In this document: one piece after another, positions 12,501-23,402 of the stretch
Position numbering within the stretch: the first letter of the stretch is position 1
How the letters are laid out: every line of letters begins with the position of its first letter
Origin: Hypanus sabinus
Lineage: Eukaryota
Assembly (NCBI RefSeq): GCF_030144855.1
Contig: NC_082722.1
Location: 20,212,001-20,276,000 of the forward strand
DNA length: 64,000 nucleotides
Direction: 5' to 3'
Notes under the pieces: model-generated
Told to the model about the DNA's origin: nothing
Databases searched by the model: none
Seen by the model: the letters and a program-made list of their open reading frames with translations, nothing else
Translations under genes and position numbers: made by a program

Positions 12501-15500
12501 AGAAGTGGCCGCAACTTGGACCCCTGTTGAACACCACTGGTAACCGACAGCCAACCAGAATGCGATCAGCTTATTCCCACTCTCTGTTTCCTGCCTAACA
12601 ACCAATGCTCTATCCACATATGTAATGGTTCATACTCCTGAAAAATCTCTATTACTGAATATTTATGAATAGAAAGCTGAAATCCAAGACCTGAAACGCT
12701 CCCTAAGCAGTTGAGCAGCTGGAATATTCAACTCCATGTGCATTCGTACTATAGAGATCTGTGATATTTTGGGTTTTCTAGCTCAGTCTTGGTACGAAAT
12801 AAAAAATCCAACAACAGCCGGGTTTCCAAAGCTAACTCTTGCTGCAATCCGAACTGTTCAATAAAGCTCAAATACCATTCAAAACAGAACGTCTTCCGCA
12901 ATTCGGATCTCTTAGCTTCGCCATCGCGGTGTATTCTCCCAACTCTTCCTTCCATCCTTCTCCCCAAATGACTGCATTTTATTTTGCTTATTTTGTGACT
13001 GTCAGTGGTGGGTGGTAACTGCACTTGCTGTGTGTAACTATATATACTCTATGTTGCAACTTGTCCCCTGAAAAACAGTGTGTATGGTTTAGCAACATTC
13101 AACAGAACATGAAATTGAAAGAATTTATTAAATACTGGTTAACAATGGCGGGCAACTCATTGGATTGTTAAAGGGTCATGCTTGTTGGCGGGGAGTTAAA
13201 GGAATCTACCTGCACTGAAATGGATCGTAAATACCCAATCTAACTTTGTATTTTACTCAAGCTCCTCCAACTTCATTGGAAATTGTTGCTATTGGAGGGT
13301 TATTCTCTACTCGAAAACTCCTTTGTAAAACGGCTGCTTTCCACCCGGAGAAAATTGAAATCGTTTGGCAAAGAAATAACAAACAAATTCGCACTGGAAT
13401 GCAGAGTGTGACAAATCGAAGCGTGGATGGCTTGTACGAAGCTTCTAGTTTATTGGAAGTCACGCAGTCTACTTGGGGAACAGATATTTACAACTGTCTA
13501 GTGTCGCATGTCTCCCTCACGGTGCCTGCCTGTTTCAGCTACATAGACGAGCGAGGTAAGGTGGTGTCTTTATGAAGTCATGATGTTGGATCTCGGCCTT
13601 AAACGTCGACACATTTTGATCTGCCTGACCGGCTGAGTTCTTCCAGGATTTTCTGTGTTACTCTGGATTTCAGCATGTTCAAAATCTTTTGCGCTCAATA
13701 TAAGATGGAAGATCTTATAATTGATAGTGGTGGGATCAATGTGAACGTGTTAAAAACAGTAACTGGACAGCTACCCAAATATGGAAGAATAGTTAATTTT
13801 GAAGCTTAGTAATTGACAGTGAATATTCAACGAGTAAGGTGATAAAAAAAAACTATCGTGTTCTCCCGTTATTTTAAATCGTGTAGGACAGATTAAGAAA
13901 TCAAATTCGTGCAGTATTAGTAAGGTAGCAAACTTCCGAACATTTTCAAAAGTTGTGACAAAGCAAAACTTAAACTCTATATCTCATCGTGATATAACAC
14001 AGGTGGGAATTTGCATTTCTTGTGTTACGACATATTTTCCGATATTGTGCAGTGAGATTTGAAAGCAGCCTATAAAAATGTTGACATTGTTGATTCTCAT
14101 CTGTGCATTTGGTTTTGGATGTATAAGTGCTTCACAGTTTCTTGTTTCCCCCCTGTTGATTCACAAGGCTCCAATACTAAATTAATTCTGGCATGTGCAT
14201 TCGGCGGATCGGCAACTTTAGCTCTGATAATAGTTTTGGTAAAAGTCAAGTTCAAGAGATGGCACGGTAAGGACCCTGAACGCTGAGAAATATCACCTCT
14301 ATTCGCGCAAAATAAATGTGCTAAAGGTATTTAACTTCGAAACGATATTTCATTACTGCATAATTAGACAGGGATTGAGATATTTGAACCGGATAACATA
14401 AATAATCATCAGGCACAATAGAATCTGGATATTAAAATGCAATAATTCCAACAGTCCACTTGCTGTATTTACATGCTGTACCTTATTCACAAATTACGTT
14501 ATATCCCTTTGGAATACTTCAAACGGCGTTTTCAATACAACGGTTGATCCAAATTTTGAAGCGTAAGCAACTTCATGTCGGTCTATGCTTATTGTGACTG
14601 TGTCAAGAACATTGACGAAGTCGTGCATCTCTCATTGATTTTAATTTCCATTTACCGAAAGTATTTAAATGTAGTCCGGCCTCTCATATGCTATTATCAC
14701 TTTACAGCTTCGTTAAAAGTCGAACACTCTTAAGCACAGAACATTCCTGATGTTCATGCACTCGATTAAGACAACAGATAACACAAATTGCTTTCTGAGA
14801 GTTCAGTAAATTCAGCAGTTCCTCCTACTTGATGAATTCGATTGATATCAAACGAATAATGTCCTATATTTACAATGCTAATAATTTATTTTACTTTTCT
14901 TAAGGGATTAACACAAGTTCTTTGGACAGATGGCAAAATGAAGGAACGGTAGGTGAAGTGTCTTGTCTTCTTTCAAAGTGCCTTATACATATAGCAGAGC
15001 TATTATAAATTGATTTTGTTCTAACATTTGGGACTCAGAAGGAAAGAATAAAATTCTCCGTCAGCTCATTATTTTGAAATGTATATCCAAAATGTATTTG
15101 AATATTCCTGTTTAGTCTGCTTCCTATAGTCTTTGAGGATTCCACACCAGTTCTTTACCGGTTGCATTAACATGAACGGTAATATATACCAGTGGAAGAT
15201 AAGCTGTTAATTATTCTTTGTGTAACGAAAATTTAAGTATTAATCTAAGATTGAGATGTTTTTGATGTTAAATGTTGGTTTACGTGAATCTCGGTGCAGT
15301 GGTGAATGACGAAGTACAGTCCACGCGCTGGTCATTTCGCAAAATATGTTACATTTGAATAGAACGCAGAGCAAGCAAAATTGAAAATGCAACGTAATCT
15401 TGTTTTGGAGAGTCATGCAATTTTTAACCCAGATTCCCAACAAAGATCCAGACAGCACTCAAAACCTGCAATGGAATCGAATATGCGTCCAGTAAACCGT

Positions 15501-18500
15501 GCAGTACTTGGCGCATAATGATACTCATATTTTCTCCACAAGGCTACGATGAATGATTATCATCCTCAGCTTTGAAAGCAATGCCTGAAACTTATAAACG
15601 TATTGTCATCTCACATTTTGGATTTAATCTAAAAATTAAAAATCTCTGGCGACGTCTTGGGAAGGAGAAAATGTTATCCTTTCAGACTGAACACCCCTCC
15701 CAAGAAAGTAACGTAACCGTTAATTGTTGCTCTTTGCTCTCGTGTTTCCTGACCTACTGTGCGTTTTAATTGTTTATTTTAGTTCAGAGTTCCAGCAGTT
15801 CAATGTTAATAAATTTGTCCCAGCTGGATTCTCCTGAGAGTATATATTATACCTTTATCGGTTAAAACCCATCTGTCTAGAACTGGAAACGTCTTCTTGA
15901 GTTCCATTAATCATATTCCCAATTTCTGAGCTTATTTTTACTTTTCCGTAAGAATATTTCCTGCAGTAACTTTTTATATCACCAAAACAAGACTGTCAGA
16001 TATCACTGGCTTCATTATAGTAGTACTCCGTTGAAACTCTATCAGCGTTCGTATCACTGCCCGAAATGAAGGACCACTTCTGAGATTAATTTCTAAGTTA
16101 AAGCTAGTACATTGAAGATAAATTATTTACCGTTGCTTTATTGCTCTAGAACGCGCTGTTATACTTTCAGCCAAAACAAAAGATATTTAACCCATTTACA
16201 GTAACGGACATGTCCAATTGCTCTACTTAATTCGATTGTAATTTACTTGATTTACCAGCAAAACCAATCTGCTAAACAGCGTGCAAGGTGCTCTTCCTGT
16301 ATTTGCTTACTCAGTTAATCCAGGATGGAACAGTACATCAGGTGCTGCCATTTGTACAAACGTCCTTAACCTAGATAATGCGAGTTTGAAGATCACAGAT
16401 CCTAATTACATCATGGGTACAAAATTTGGTCATGCCAATAATTACAATAATTTGACGGGGTGGATAATATAAACGCATCGGATAAAGCCCATGCACTAAA
16501 CTTGGACGGGTGGAAGGGATATGACATAAGAGACGAAAAAAAAAGAGACGGCCAAACCTGACGAACCGTTACAATTGATAGGCTGGTTATAAGTGGTTCT
16601 TTGGAAATCTAACGTACACGTAGCGAATTCCAGTTTGAAATGGGTTTAGTATCCGACGTCCGGTATAATGTACGGACAGTATCATTATACGCGGGGAAAA
16701 TGTATTCCAACCATTTTAATCGTTTTCTATTGTTAGATATTCCGAAGCAAGCTTACATCAAGATCATTGATCTTCGTATCGGTTATCAACGTAAAATATG
16801 TTTTCTTTCCCAGCAGGCTGAACAAGCTTCAACTGAGCACACCACTACCTATGCTTCACTAAATATGAGGGACAGCAAAGGATTTCGCAACGATCGACAA
16901 AAAGAAGAGCGCATTATATATTCTCCGGTAAAGCAGAGAGATTGCCATGAATAACATATGAATTTGCCTCAGAGATATAAAACTCTAAAAAAGCCGTCCG
17001 GCCCAAACAGTTCGTGCCGTCCAATTATACCCATGTGTCCAATTAGCCGACTCATACCTACATCTTTGGAATGTGGGACCCAAGAGCCCAACGAAAGTCA
17101 TACGGTGAAGGGAAAACTTAGAACCACACCATTTAGCTGGGCACGGGAAGTAAACCTAGATCACTGCTGTTTTAATAGTGTTACGCTAGCCACTCGCTAC
17201 CGAGCCAGACAAAAAAATATATATAGGACCATAAGATATACCAGCAGAAGTATATCCGTTCTGCCGATCGTGTCTGCTGTGCTAATTAATCATAGGCTGA
17301 TTCAATTCTTCCACTCATCCTCACTCCTCTGCCTTCTCCCCGTACCTTTTGCCGCCCTTGTTAATGAAAAACTTATCTATCTCTGCCTCAAATGCACCCA
17401 ACAACTTGTGCTCCACAGCCGCACATGCAACAAACTCCACATACTTACCACGCCTTGACTAAAGTAATTTCTCCGCATCTCTGTCTAAATAGACGTTCTT
17501 CAATCCTGAAGCTGTGTCTTCTTGTCCTGGACTCCCCTGCCATGGGAAACAACTTTTCCATATGTAAACTATTCAGTCCTTTTAAGATACTGAATGTTTC
17601 TATGAGATCCCCCTTATTCTCCCGAATTCCAGGGAATAGAACTCAAGAGCTGCCGGAGGTCCCTCATACAGTAAAGCTTTCATTCCTGGAATCATTCTCC
17701 TGAATCTTTTCTGAACCCTCTCCAATGTCCGTATATCCTTTCTAAAAGAAGGAGCCCAAAACTGCAATCAATTCTCCAAGTGTGGTCTCACGAGTGTTTT
17801 ATAGAACCTCAACATCATATCCATGTCCTTATATTCTTTACCTTTATAAATGAATGGCTACAATGCGTTCGCATTCTACACCACCGACTCAACCTGGAGG
17901 TTAACCTTTCGGGTATTCTGCACAGGGACTGCATCTCTGTGCAAAATGCATCTCTGCATTTTGAATTATTTTCCATCTAGATAATATTCTGCACGTTTAT
18001 TTCTTCCACCAGCGTGCATGACCATACACTTTCCCACATTGTATTTAATTTGACACTTGTTTGTCCTTTCCCCTGAACTATTTAGGTCTGTCCACAAGCT
18101 CTCTGTTTCTTCAACCCTACCCGCCCGTCCACATATCTGTGGAATTTAGACAAAATTCATTAACCCATAGACCAAATCATTGACATTCATCATAAAAGCA
18201 GTGGTCCCAGCATCAGCCCCTGTGACATTTCGATGGTAACCGGCAGCCAGCCAGAATACGATCCGTTTATTCCTCTCTCTGTTTTCTGGCGATCAGCCAA
18301 TTCTCCACCCATGATAGTAACTCCTCTGTAATTCCAAGGGCTTTTATCATGCTAAGCAGCTTCATAAGCGACATCTTGTCAAAGGCCATCTGAAAATCCA
18401 GGTAAACCACATCTATTCCATTTGCTCTGACTACCCTGCTTCTAACTTCCTTAAAAAATTGCAGTAGACTTGTAGGTAGAATTTTCCTTTCCGAAAACCA

Positions 18501-19984
18501 TGTTGGCTTTGGCCTATCATTTCACCCGCCTCCAGGTACACCGTAATCTAAGCCTGAACATTCGATTCCTAAATATATAAGCACAATCCCAAAGAAGGTT
18601 AATTGTACAGACATGAGCAGACATTTATCGCTGTATTATTTACAACTGAACACCCCCGTAATGTCGTCACATTTTTCTTCCATCTGGGTGGACTACAGCC
18701 TGAAGACATGAATATTGATCTCTCTTTTGATACTTATTTCATCATCTCCCTTCTCGTTTTTCTCTATTACCAATTAGGGCTCCCTTTCTTCTTTTTTGTT
18801 TTCCTCATCTGCCCATTATCTCCACTGGTGCCCTCATTCTTGGATTTCTTCCAGGGTCCACTTATTCCTTCAATCAGATCCCTTCTTACACCCATTTCCT
18901 TTTCCACTCATCATCTACCAGGTTCTACGTCAATCCATCCACCATCATTAACACACCTTCTTAAGAAGCTGGTTTCTCCTATCACCTGCCATCTTGTGTT
19001 CCTTCCCCACCTTATTCCATCTTCTGACCACTTTTTTCTGTCCTTCATAAAGCGCTTCGGCCATAAATATCGACAGTTTATTTTTAGCAGACATCCTGCC
19101 TTGCCTATTGAATTGTATCAGGATTTTTTTGTATTCTTCAAGATTTCCAACATCTGCAGAATCCCTCAGGATTATCCTTTCCCCCTTGTTATTACGAATT
19201 TATTTTACAAACACTAAAAAACTGGAAATAGCCAATCCTTTCCAAAGCCCATTATCAGCTCTATAATTAACACGAATATCTGATAATAACCTTGGAAAAT
19301 GAACCAACTGAACATTGCGGTTATTCATAGGAATACCAAACTGTGACGAAACAGTAACCATATGGTATGAATGAAGAAGGTGCCAACGTTCATTATGTCA
19401 ATTGTGCGGTATCCACTGAAGACAGTGTCTGTGCGCATTTAGAGTTCTGTTGGCATGTATGACTGAGGAAACACCCATAAGGTCTATAGGCTAAACAGTT
19501 TGCGGAAATCAGTCACATATAACACAAAAAAGCGCTTGTGTTTTAAGCTAGCGAAATATTTTGTAGTAAACCTGCGGCATTAAGGAGTTACATACTCTTA
19601 CAATTCAATTTGGTTAAACTTCATTTCAAGTAAGGAAAAAACGCTCATGATTCTACAGGCTTGTGGAGTTGAAATGCCATTGGAATCAAAAAGAAAAATA
19701 TAGAAAAAATGTCGACATAGGTTTTGTGCAAAACGACAGAAATCTAAATTGATAACTAATTAGTGTATCACTAATTTATTTTGCAATTTTGATTCGAATT
19801 GTTCATCTCAATAGATTCTTGATTAATCGCTGATTTTGAAATATTTTCACAGAATAAAAGAAATGGAGCTGACAAACTCACTTATGCTGCTCTGAAGCTT
19901 CACAATTCCAGCAACACCTCAGCATCCGAACATCAAAACCAACATACGTTGTACGCAGATGTAAATACATCAAATAAACTGTGA
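6492..19984 (+). CDS. Spliced V-C1-TM-ITIM/ITSM Ig-superfamily receptor (SIRP/NKp30/NITR-like); full gene span
   Basis: Leader, V, C1, TM and first cytoplasmic exons join in frame through phase-1 GT-AG introns; cytoplasmic exons carry four tyrosine motifs. About 312-368 aa depending on the tail exons used. Confidence 0.85.
6729..7034 (+). CDS. Exon 2, V-set Ig domain with J-like G strand
   Basis: Acceptor ttttccggcag; NVTMFC (B-strand Cys), VRWWR (C-strand Trp), DSGMYYC (F strand), FGNGSGTKLTVF; donor G|GTGAGT at 7035. Confidence 0.95.
7870..8900 (-). mobile_element. CR1 LINE ORF2 3' part, decayed
   Basis: FEERFNRLGFFSVIRKRMRKHLIDVYKLM (CR1 C-terminus) plus upstream RT remnants on the minus strand. 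Confidence 0.8.
8950..10600 (+). mobile_element. CR1 LINE, 5'-truncated, decayed
   Basis: YSDFQKAFDKVPQTKL, QKDLGVLLQ, YVMLRLYKALVR and a CR1-type 3' UTR. Confidence 0.85.
11517..12620 (-). mobile_element. CR1 LINE, 5'-truncated
   Basis: PLLLTLYINVL...AKFADDTKVGG; LALERVQRRFTRIIP...RLAALGLYSLEFRKMRGELIE; ATAAGAC-type tail repeats at 11517-11540. Confidence 0.9.
13262..13555 (+). CDS. Exon 3, C1-set Ig domain
   Basis: Acceptor ttttactcaag; LLCKTAAFHPEKIEIVW, DGLYEASSLLEV, YNCLVSHVSL (C1-set C..FYP..I.V.W and Y.C.V.H pattern); donor G|GTAAG at 13556. Confidence 0.95.
13585..13695 (+). mobile_element. Penelope-type terminal-repeat fragment in intron 3
   Basis: ggatctcggccttaaacgtcgac...ctgcctgaccggctgagttcttccagg; similar to 19040-19165 and 15690-15800. 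Confidence 0.45.
14168..14266 (+). CDS. Exon 4, transmembrane segment
   Basis: GSNTK-LILACAFGGSATLALIIVLV-KVKFKRWH: 20 uncharged residues then a basic stop-transfer stretch; acceptor ttcacaag, donor G|GTAAGG at 14267. Confidence 0.92.
14905..14952 (+). CDS. Exon 5, small cytoplasmic exon GINTSSLDRWQNEGT(V)
   Basis: Acceptor ttttcttaag; two possible donors, ACG|GTAGGT (end 14948, phase 0) and TAG|GTGAAG (end 14952, phase 1). A paralogous open exon exists at 51314-51360. Confidence 0.75.
   Translation, partial: GLTQVLWTDGKMKER
15433..15491 (+). CDS. Candidate cytoplasmic exon 5b, DSQQRSRQHSKPAMESNMRP
   Basis: Acceptor tttttaacccag; phase 1 to phase 0 bridges exon 5 (14952) to exon 6 in frame; donor CCA|GTAAAC is weak. 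Confidence 0.4.
16814..16954 (+). CDS. Exon 6, tail exon A with TTYASL and IIYSPV, stop TAA
   Basis: Acceptor ttttctttcccagcag (NAGNAG); QAEQASTEHTTTYASLNMRDSKGFRNDRQKEERIIYSPVKQRDCHE*; possible internal donor CCG|GTAAAG at 16928. Confidence 0.8.
   Translation, partial: QAEQASTEHTTTYASLNMRDSKGFRNDRQKEERIIYSPVKQRDCHE
17225..18570 (-). mobile_element. CR1 LINE, 5'-truncated
   Basis: Minus-strand RT to 3' end with cataagat-type tail; similar to 11517-12620. Confidence 0.85.
18650..19170 (+). mobile_element. Penelope-like element 3' end
   Basis: FFHLGGLQPEDMNIDLS matches the recalled GIY-YIG C-terminus (IFRLGxLQPxGMNIDFS), followed by a pyrimidine-rich tail and terminal repeat. Confidence 0.55.
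19853..19984 (+). CDS. Exon 7, tail exon B with LTYAAL (ITIM) and TLYADV (ITSM), stop TGA
   Basis: Too short for the ORF track. Acceptor atattttcacag, phase 0: NKRNGADKLTYAALKLHNSSNTSASEHQNQHTLYADVNTSNKL*. Confidence 0.8.
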   Translation, partial: NKRNGADKLTYAALKLHNSSNTSASEHQNQHTLYADVNTSNKL

Positions 19985-20152
19985 AGCTGAGAACCCAACT
20001 GCAGTTTAGAGCTATAGACTATCACACCCGAGGGATTGCTTCGTTTTATTTTTCGCATCCAGACAAAGATTGTTAATCGATATCTCATTTATAAGGTAGG
20101 ATGTTAAGGGATCACTTTCATCATCGAATTATTGGAGGCGATTATCACTGTA

Positions 20153-20191
20153 AATAAAAGTAAGAAACTTAAGAATAAGATTGGGAATAAA
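20153..20191 (+). terminator. Candidate polyadenylation signals after exon 7
   Basis: AATAAA at 20153 and 20186; the AT-rich context makes chance matches likely. Confidence 0.3.
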
Positions 20192-21731
20192 CAATTCCGC
20201 CTCCCTCTACTGCTCGGTCACTCAAGAGGATAACGTCGGATATGCTCAAACATATTCTCCTCTGCTATATCATTGAACAGTCCCCGGTCATGAGATAAAC
20301 CTACTTTGTCTTCAGTACCGCCGACCCCCTCACCAAAATATTCCCTCCACAATACTCAGACGATGAATAAAAGCAGCACAGATTCTTCACCACCAGGTAG
20401 AGAATCTTTGCAGTGTTAAAAAAAAAACGCCAACTGAACAGTTGTCCTTGCTCACTTATGTAAACGTTCTACTGCGGGAAATACAGATTTGAAGAAGTGA
20501 AAAAAAATCGCAACATATACTCGCGATAACATCTCTGTGTCTGGATATTAATCAGTAAATGGCGTATGATTAAAAAAAAAGTACTCTTCTGTTTAATGTG
20601 CATTCACGGCTTGCTGCGCAAAATTAGCTGCAACATATAATTGTACTAACACATCGTAGGAAAAGAAATCCCAGGGCACCCAAAAGGCATTGCAAAGGCA
20701 CTGTGTACCTGTCCCAGCCCACATTGAAACAGAGGAGGTGCGCAATTGGTCACCTTAAACGAAATCATGTTTAGCTAAATCATAGAAATTGATTGCAAAT
20801 CCTGGACGTTGGAAAGTAGATTTATATAGGGTTCACTTGTCCAGATGTGTACCCTCGAATAGAATGGTGCTTTGGACAGTGCTCCTCGGTGATTAGTTAC
20901 TGCCCAATTGCCCAACGAACAATATAAATTTGAATTATGCCCAGGATTTATTTGGCAGTAGTCGTAAATTGACGCATTAATACCGGACGAGGTAGATGTA
21001 TGCGTGGCAGAGGAGGGTGAGCATCCTGTGAGGATCATACATTATTGTTTCTCATTAGGTCAGCGTGGTTGGTGGATAAAGTGCAGGAGTAAAGAAGGTG
21101 GGGAGTAGGTACAGGGAACATTGCCAGTGAAATAAATCGTCTGTCTGATAATGCAATCAACAATCTATTCCTGAAAAAATGTTTAGGCAATCCCGAGAAA
21201 TTCGCGAAAATTATAAAAATGTACACCCTTGGAAACAAGAATGGGCCGCTCAGACCTGTTTTGCTGGATATACTGGCTGGGATAGATTTCCCTTTGAGAA
21301 TCATTCATTCACTTCCTTATCCTAGGCCTCTTCACATCACAAATCTCGTCGATTTCTCCACCTTTAAATAATGTCTGATATTAACTATCAGGTAAAGACG
21401 CAAAATTATAGCTTTGTCGTATTAGACAGGATCTTTCTTATTCATTTCTTCATCCTCTCATTAAAACACAAATAGACATTTGTCATTTATGTGATGAGCA
21501 AGGTAGCAAGAGTAGACTACTTGCTCAATGCAAGTGTGAAGTGCTGGTGATATCTTCTAAAGTGCTTTTCAGGGCACATTTGTTTTCAGCTCACCTCAAC
21601 GTCCTTTCAAACATGTATCGTTACCTGCTCGCAGTGGAGAATACCTTTTGAAAAAAAAAATCTTTAATTCTAATAGAAAAGCACGTGTGGTCTATATTTA
21701 TCTGATAAAAATCAGTATACTGTCATGAAGA

Positions 21732-21861
21732 NNNNNNNNNNNNNNNNNNNNNNNNNNNNNNNNNNNNNNNNNNNNNNNNNNNNNNNNNNNNNNNNNNNNN
21801 NNNNNNNNNNNNNNNNNNNNNNNNNNNNNNNNNNNNNNNNNNNNNNNNNNNNNNNNNNNNN
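21732..21861. other. Assembly gap (130 N)
   Basis: Run of N; hides the 5' end of the adjacent L1. Confidence 1.
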
Positions 21862-23402
21862 TAAATAATAAAAATAAAATTTAAGTGAAGTGTACCTACA
21901 AAGAAATAAAGAGATTGGTGGATTAGCCTTACCCAATTTTAGGTTTAACTATTGGGCTACCAATATAAGGAATATTACTTTTCGGTCCTATTATATTTAT
22001 CGTAACAATTGCCCATCATGGGTCTCCTTATAAGTTAATTCTGTAAAAACTTACTCTATTGTCTCTTTTCTTGGATCATACTCTTCTTTTTCTGCAAATA
22101 AAACAGCAGATAACATAATTGTTAAGCAAAGTTGAAGGATCTGGTCTCAATTGAGAAATTGTTTTGGTTTAGCGAATTTTTCATTTTCATCTCCCATTCT
22201 CCTTATTTTTTAATCCCTTCCATGACTGACAATGTATTTAGGGATTGGAATGAACGAGGTATTAAGTGTTATTGGGACCTGTTTATCTCTGGATCTCTTG
22301 CTTCCTTTGACCAATTGTCAACTAAATTTGCTCTGCCAAAAACACATCTTTACAGTTACCTTCAAATTAGAGATTCTTTCCGTTCCCAATTAACTACTTT
22401 TTCGAAAGGTCCTGTTAAAAATTTGCTTGACGATCTTTCAAATTTGAAACATTTTGTTAATGGATTCTAGACAGGACTTTTTAGATAAAATAAATAAAAG
22501 ATGGGGGGGGGGTGTTGACCTAAATTGTCAGATTTCTGATGAAAGATGGAATAAAAATCTTAAACAGGTTAATAAATCATCTTTCTGTGCCTGTCATTCT
22601 CTTCTACAATTTAAAGTGTTTCATCGAGCTTACATTTCAAAACAGAAGCTGTCCAGTTTTTATCCGGACGTTTCACCACTTTGTAATAAATGCAACTCTG
22701 CTGATGTCTCTTTAATTCATATGTTTTGGTTTTGCCTTAACATTGTAAAGTTTTGGAGGGAAGTATTCCACACCTTCTCAAAAGTTTTTAGTGTCCAATT
22801 TGACCCAAATCCCCTTACTGCCTTGTTTAGTATTATTGCAAACGAAGATATAACTTTAAATACTCCTACCCTATAGGTTTTAGTTTTTACCTCTCTTTTA
22901 GCAAGGAGAGGAATCTTGCTTGAATGGAAGGAGTCTACCCCTCCTACATATCTTCAACGGCTACGTGATATTATGTCTTATTTAATTTTAGAGAAGATCC
23001 GCTGCTCAGTCTTAAATTCGAAGCAATCTTTTTATGATACCTGGGAACTTTCTTCAAATAATTTCCCAATTTATAAAGTGTAACAGTGCACGGACTTTTA
23101 TGTATATTTCTATCTTGTCTTCTTAAGCGATTAAGTTTTTTTTTAATTTATCCATTATCATCCATCAGCTTCTTTCTTTGGTATTTGGTAGGGGGTTGAC
23201 CTCTTATTAAAAAAATCTTTTATGATGTATGACCTATCTTTAAATTTTTGATTACAGTGGTATACCATTATGTGATATGCCATAACATATTGATCAATTT
23301 CAATATATGAATGTACACAATTTATGTTGAGCGGTATTTTTCTGTTGCACTCTGTAAATCTTGTTTTTTTCTTCTGAATAAAAATATTGTAACAAGAAAA
23401 AG
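21862..23402 (+). mobile_element. L1-clade LINE, ORF2 3' end
   Basis: GGLALPNF motif, LQFKVFHRAY...CNKC...LIHMFWFC zinc knuckle, ends in aataaaaatattgtaacaagaaaaag. Confidence 0.9.

Noticed and set aside
20700-21040. Minus-strand peptide loosely resembling a V domain (FYSRVHI...LLSNVQ...GAGTGT)
   Set aside because: Lacks the D-x-x-x-Y-x-C motif and correct Cys/Trp spacing; no convincing splice sites.
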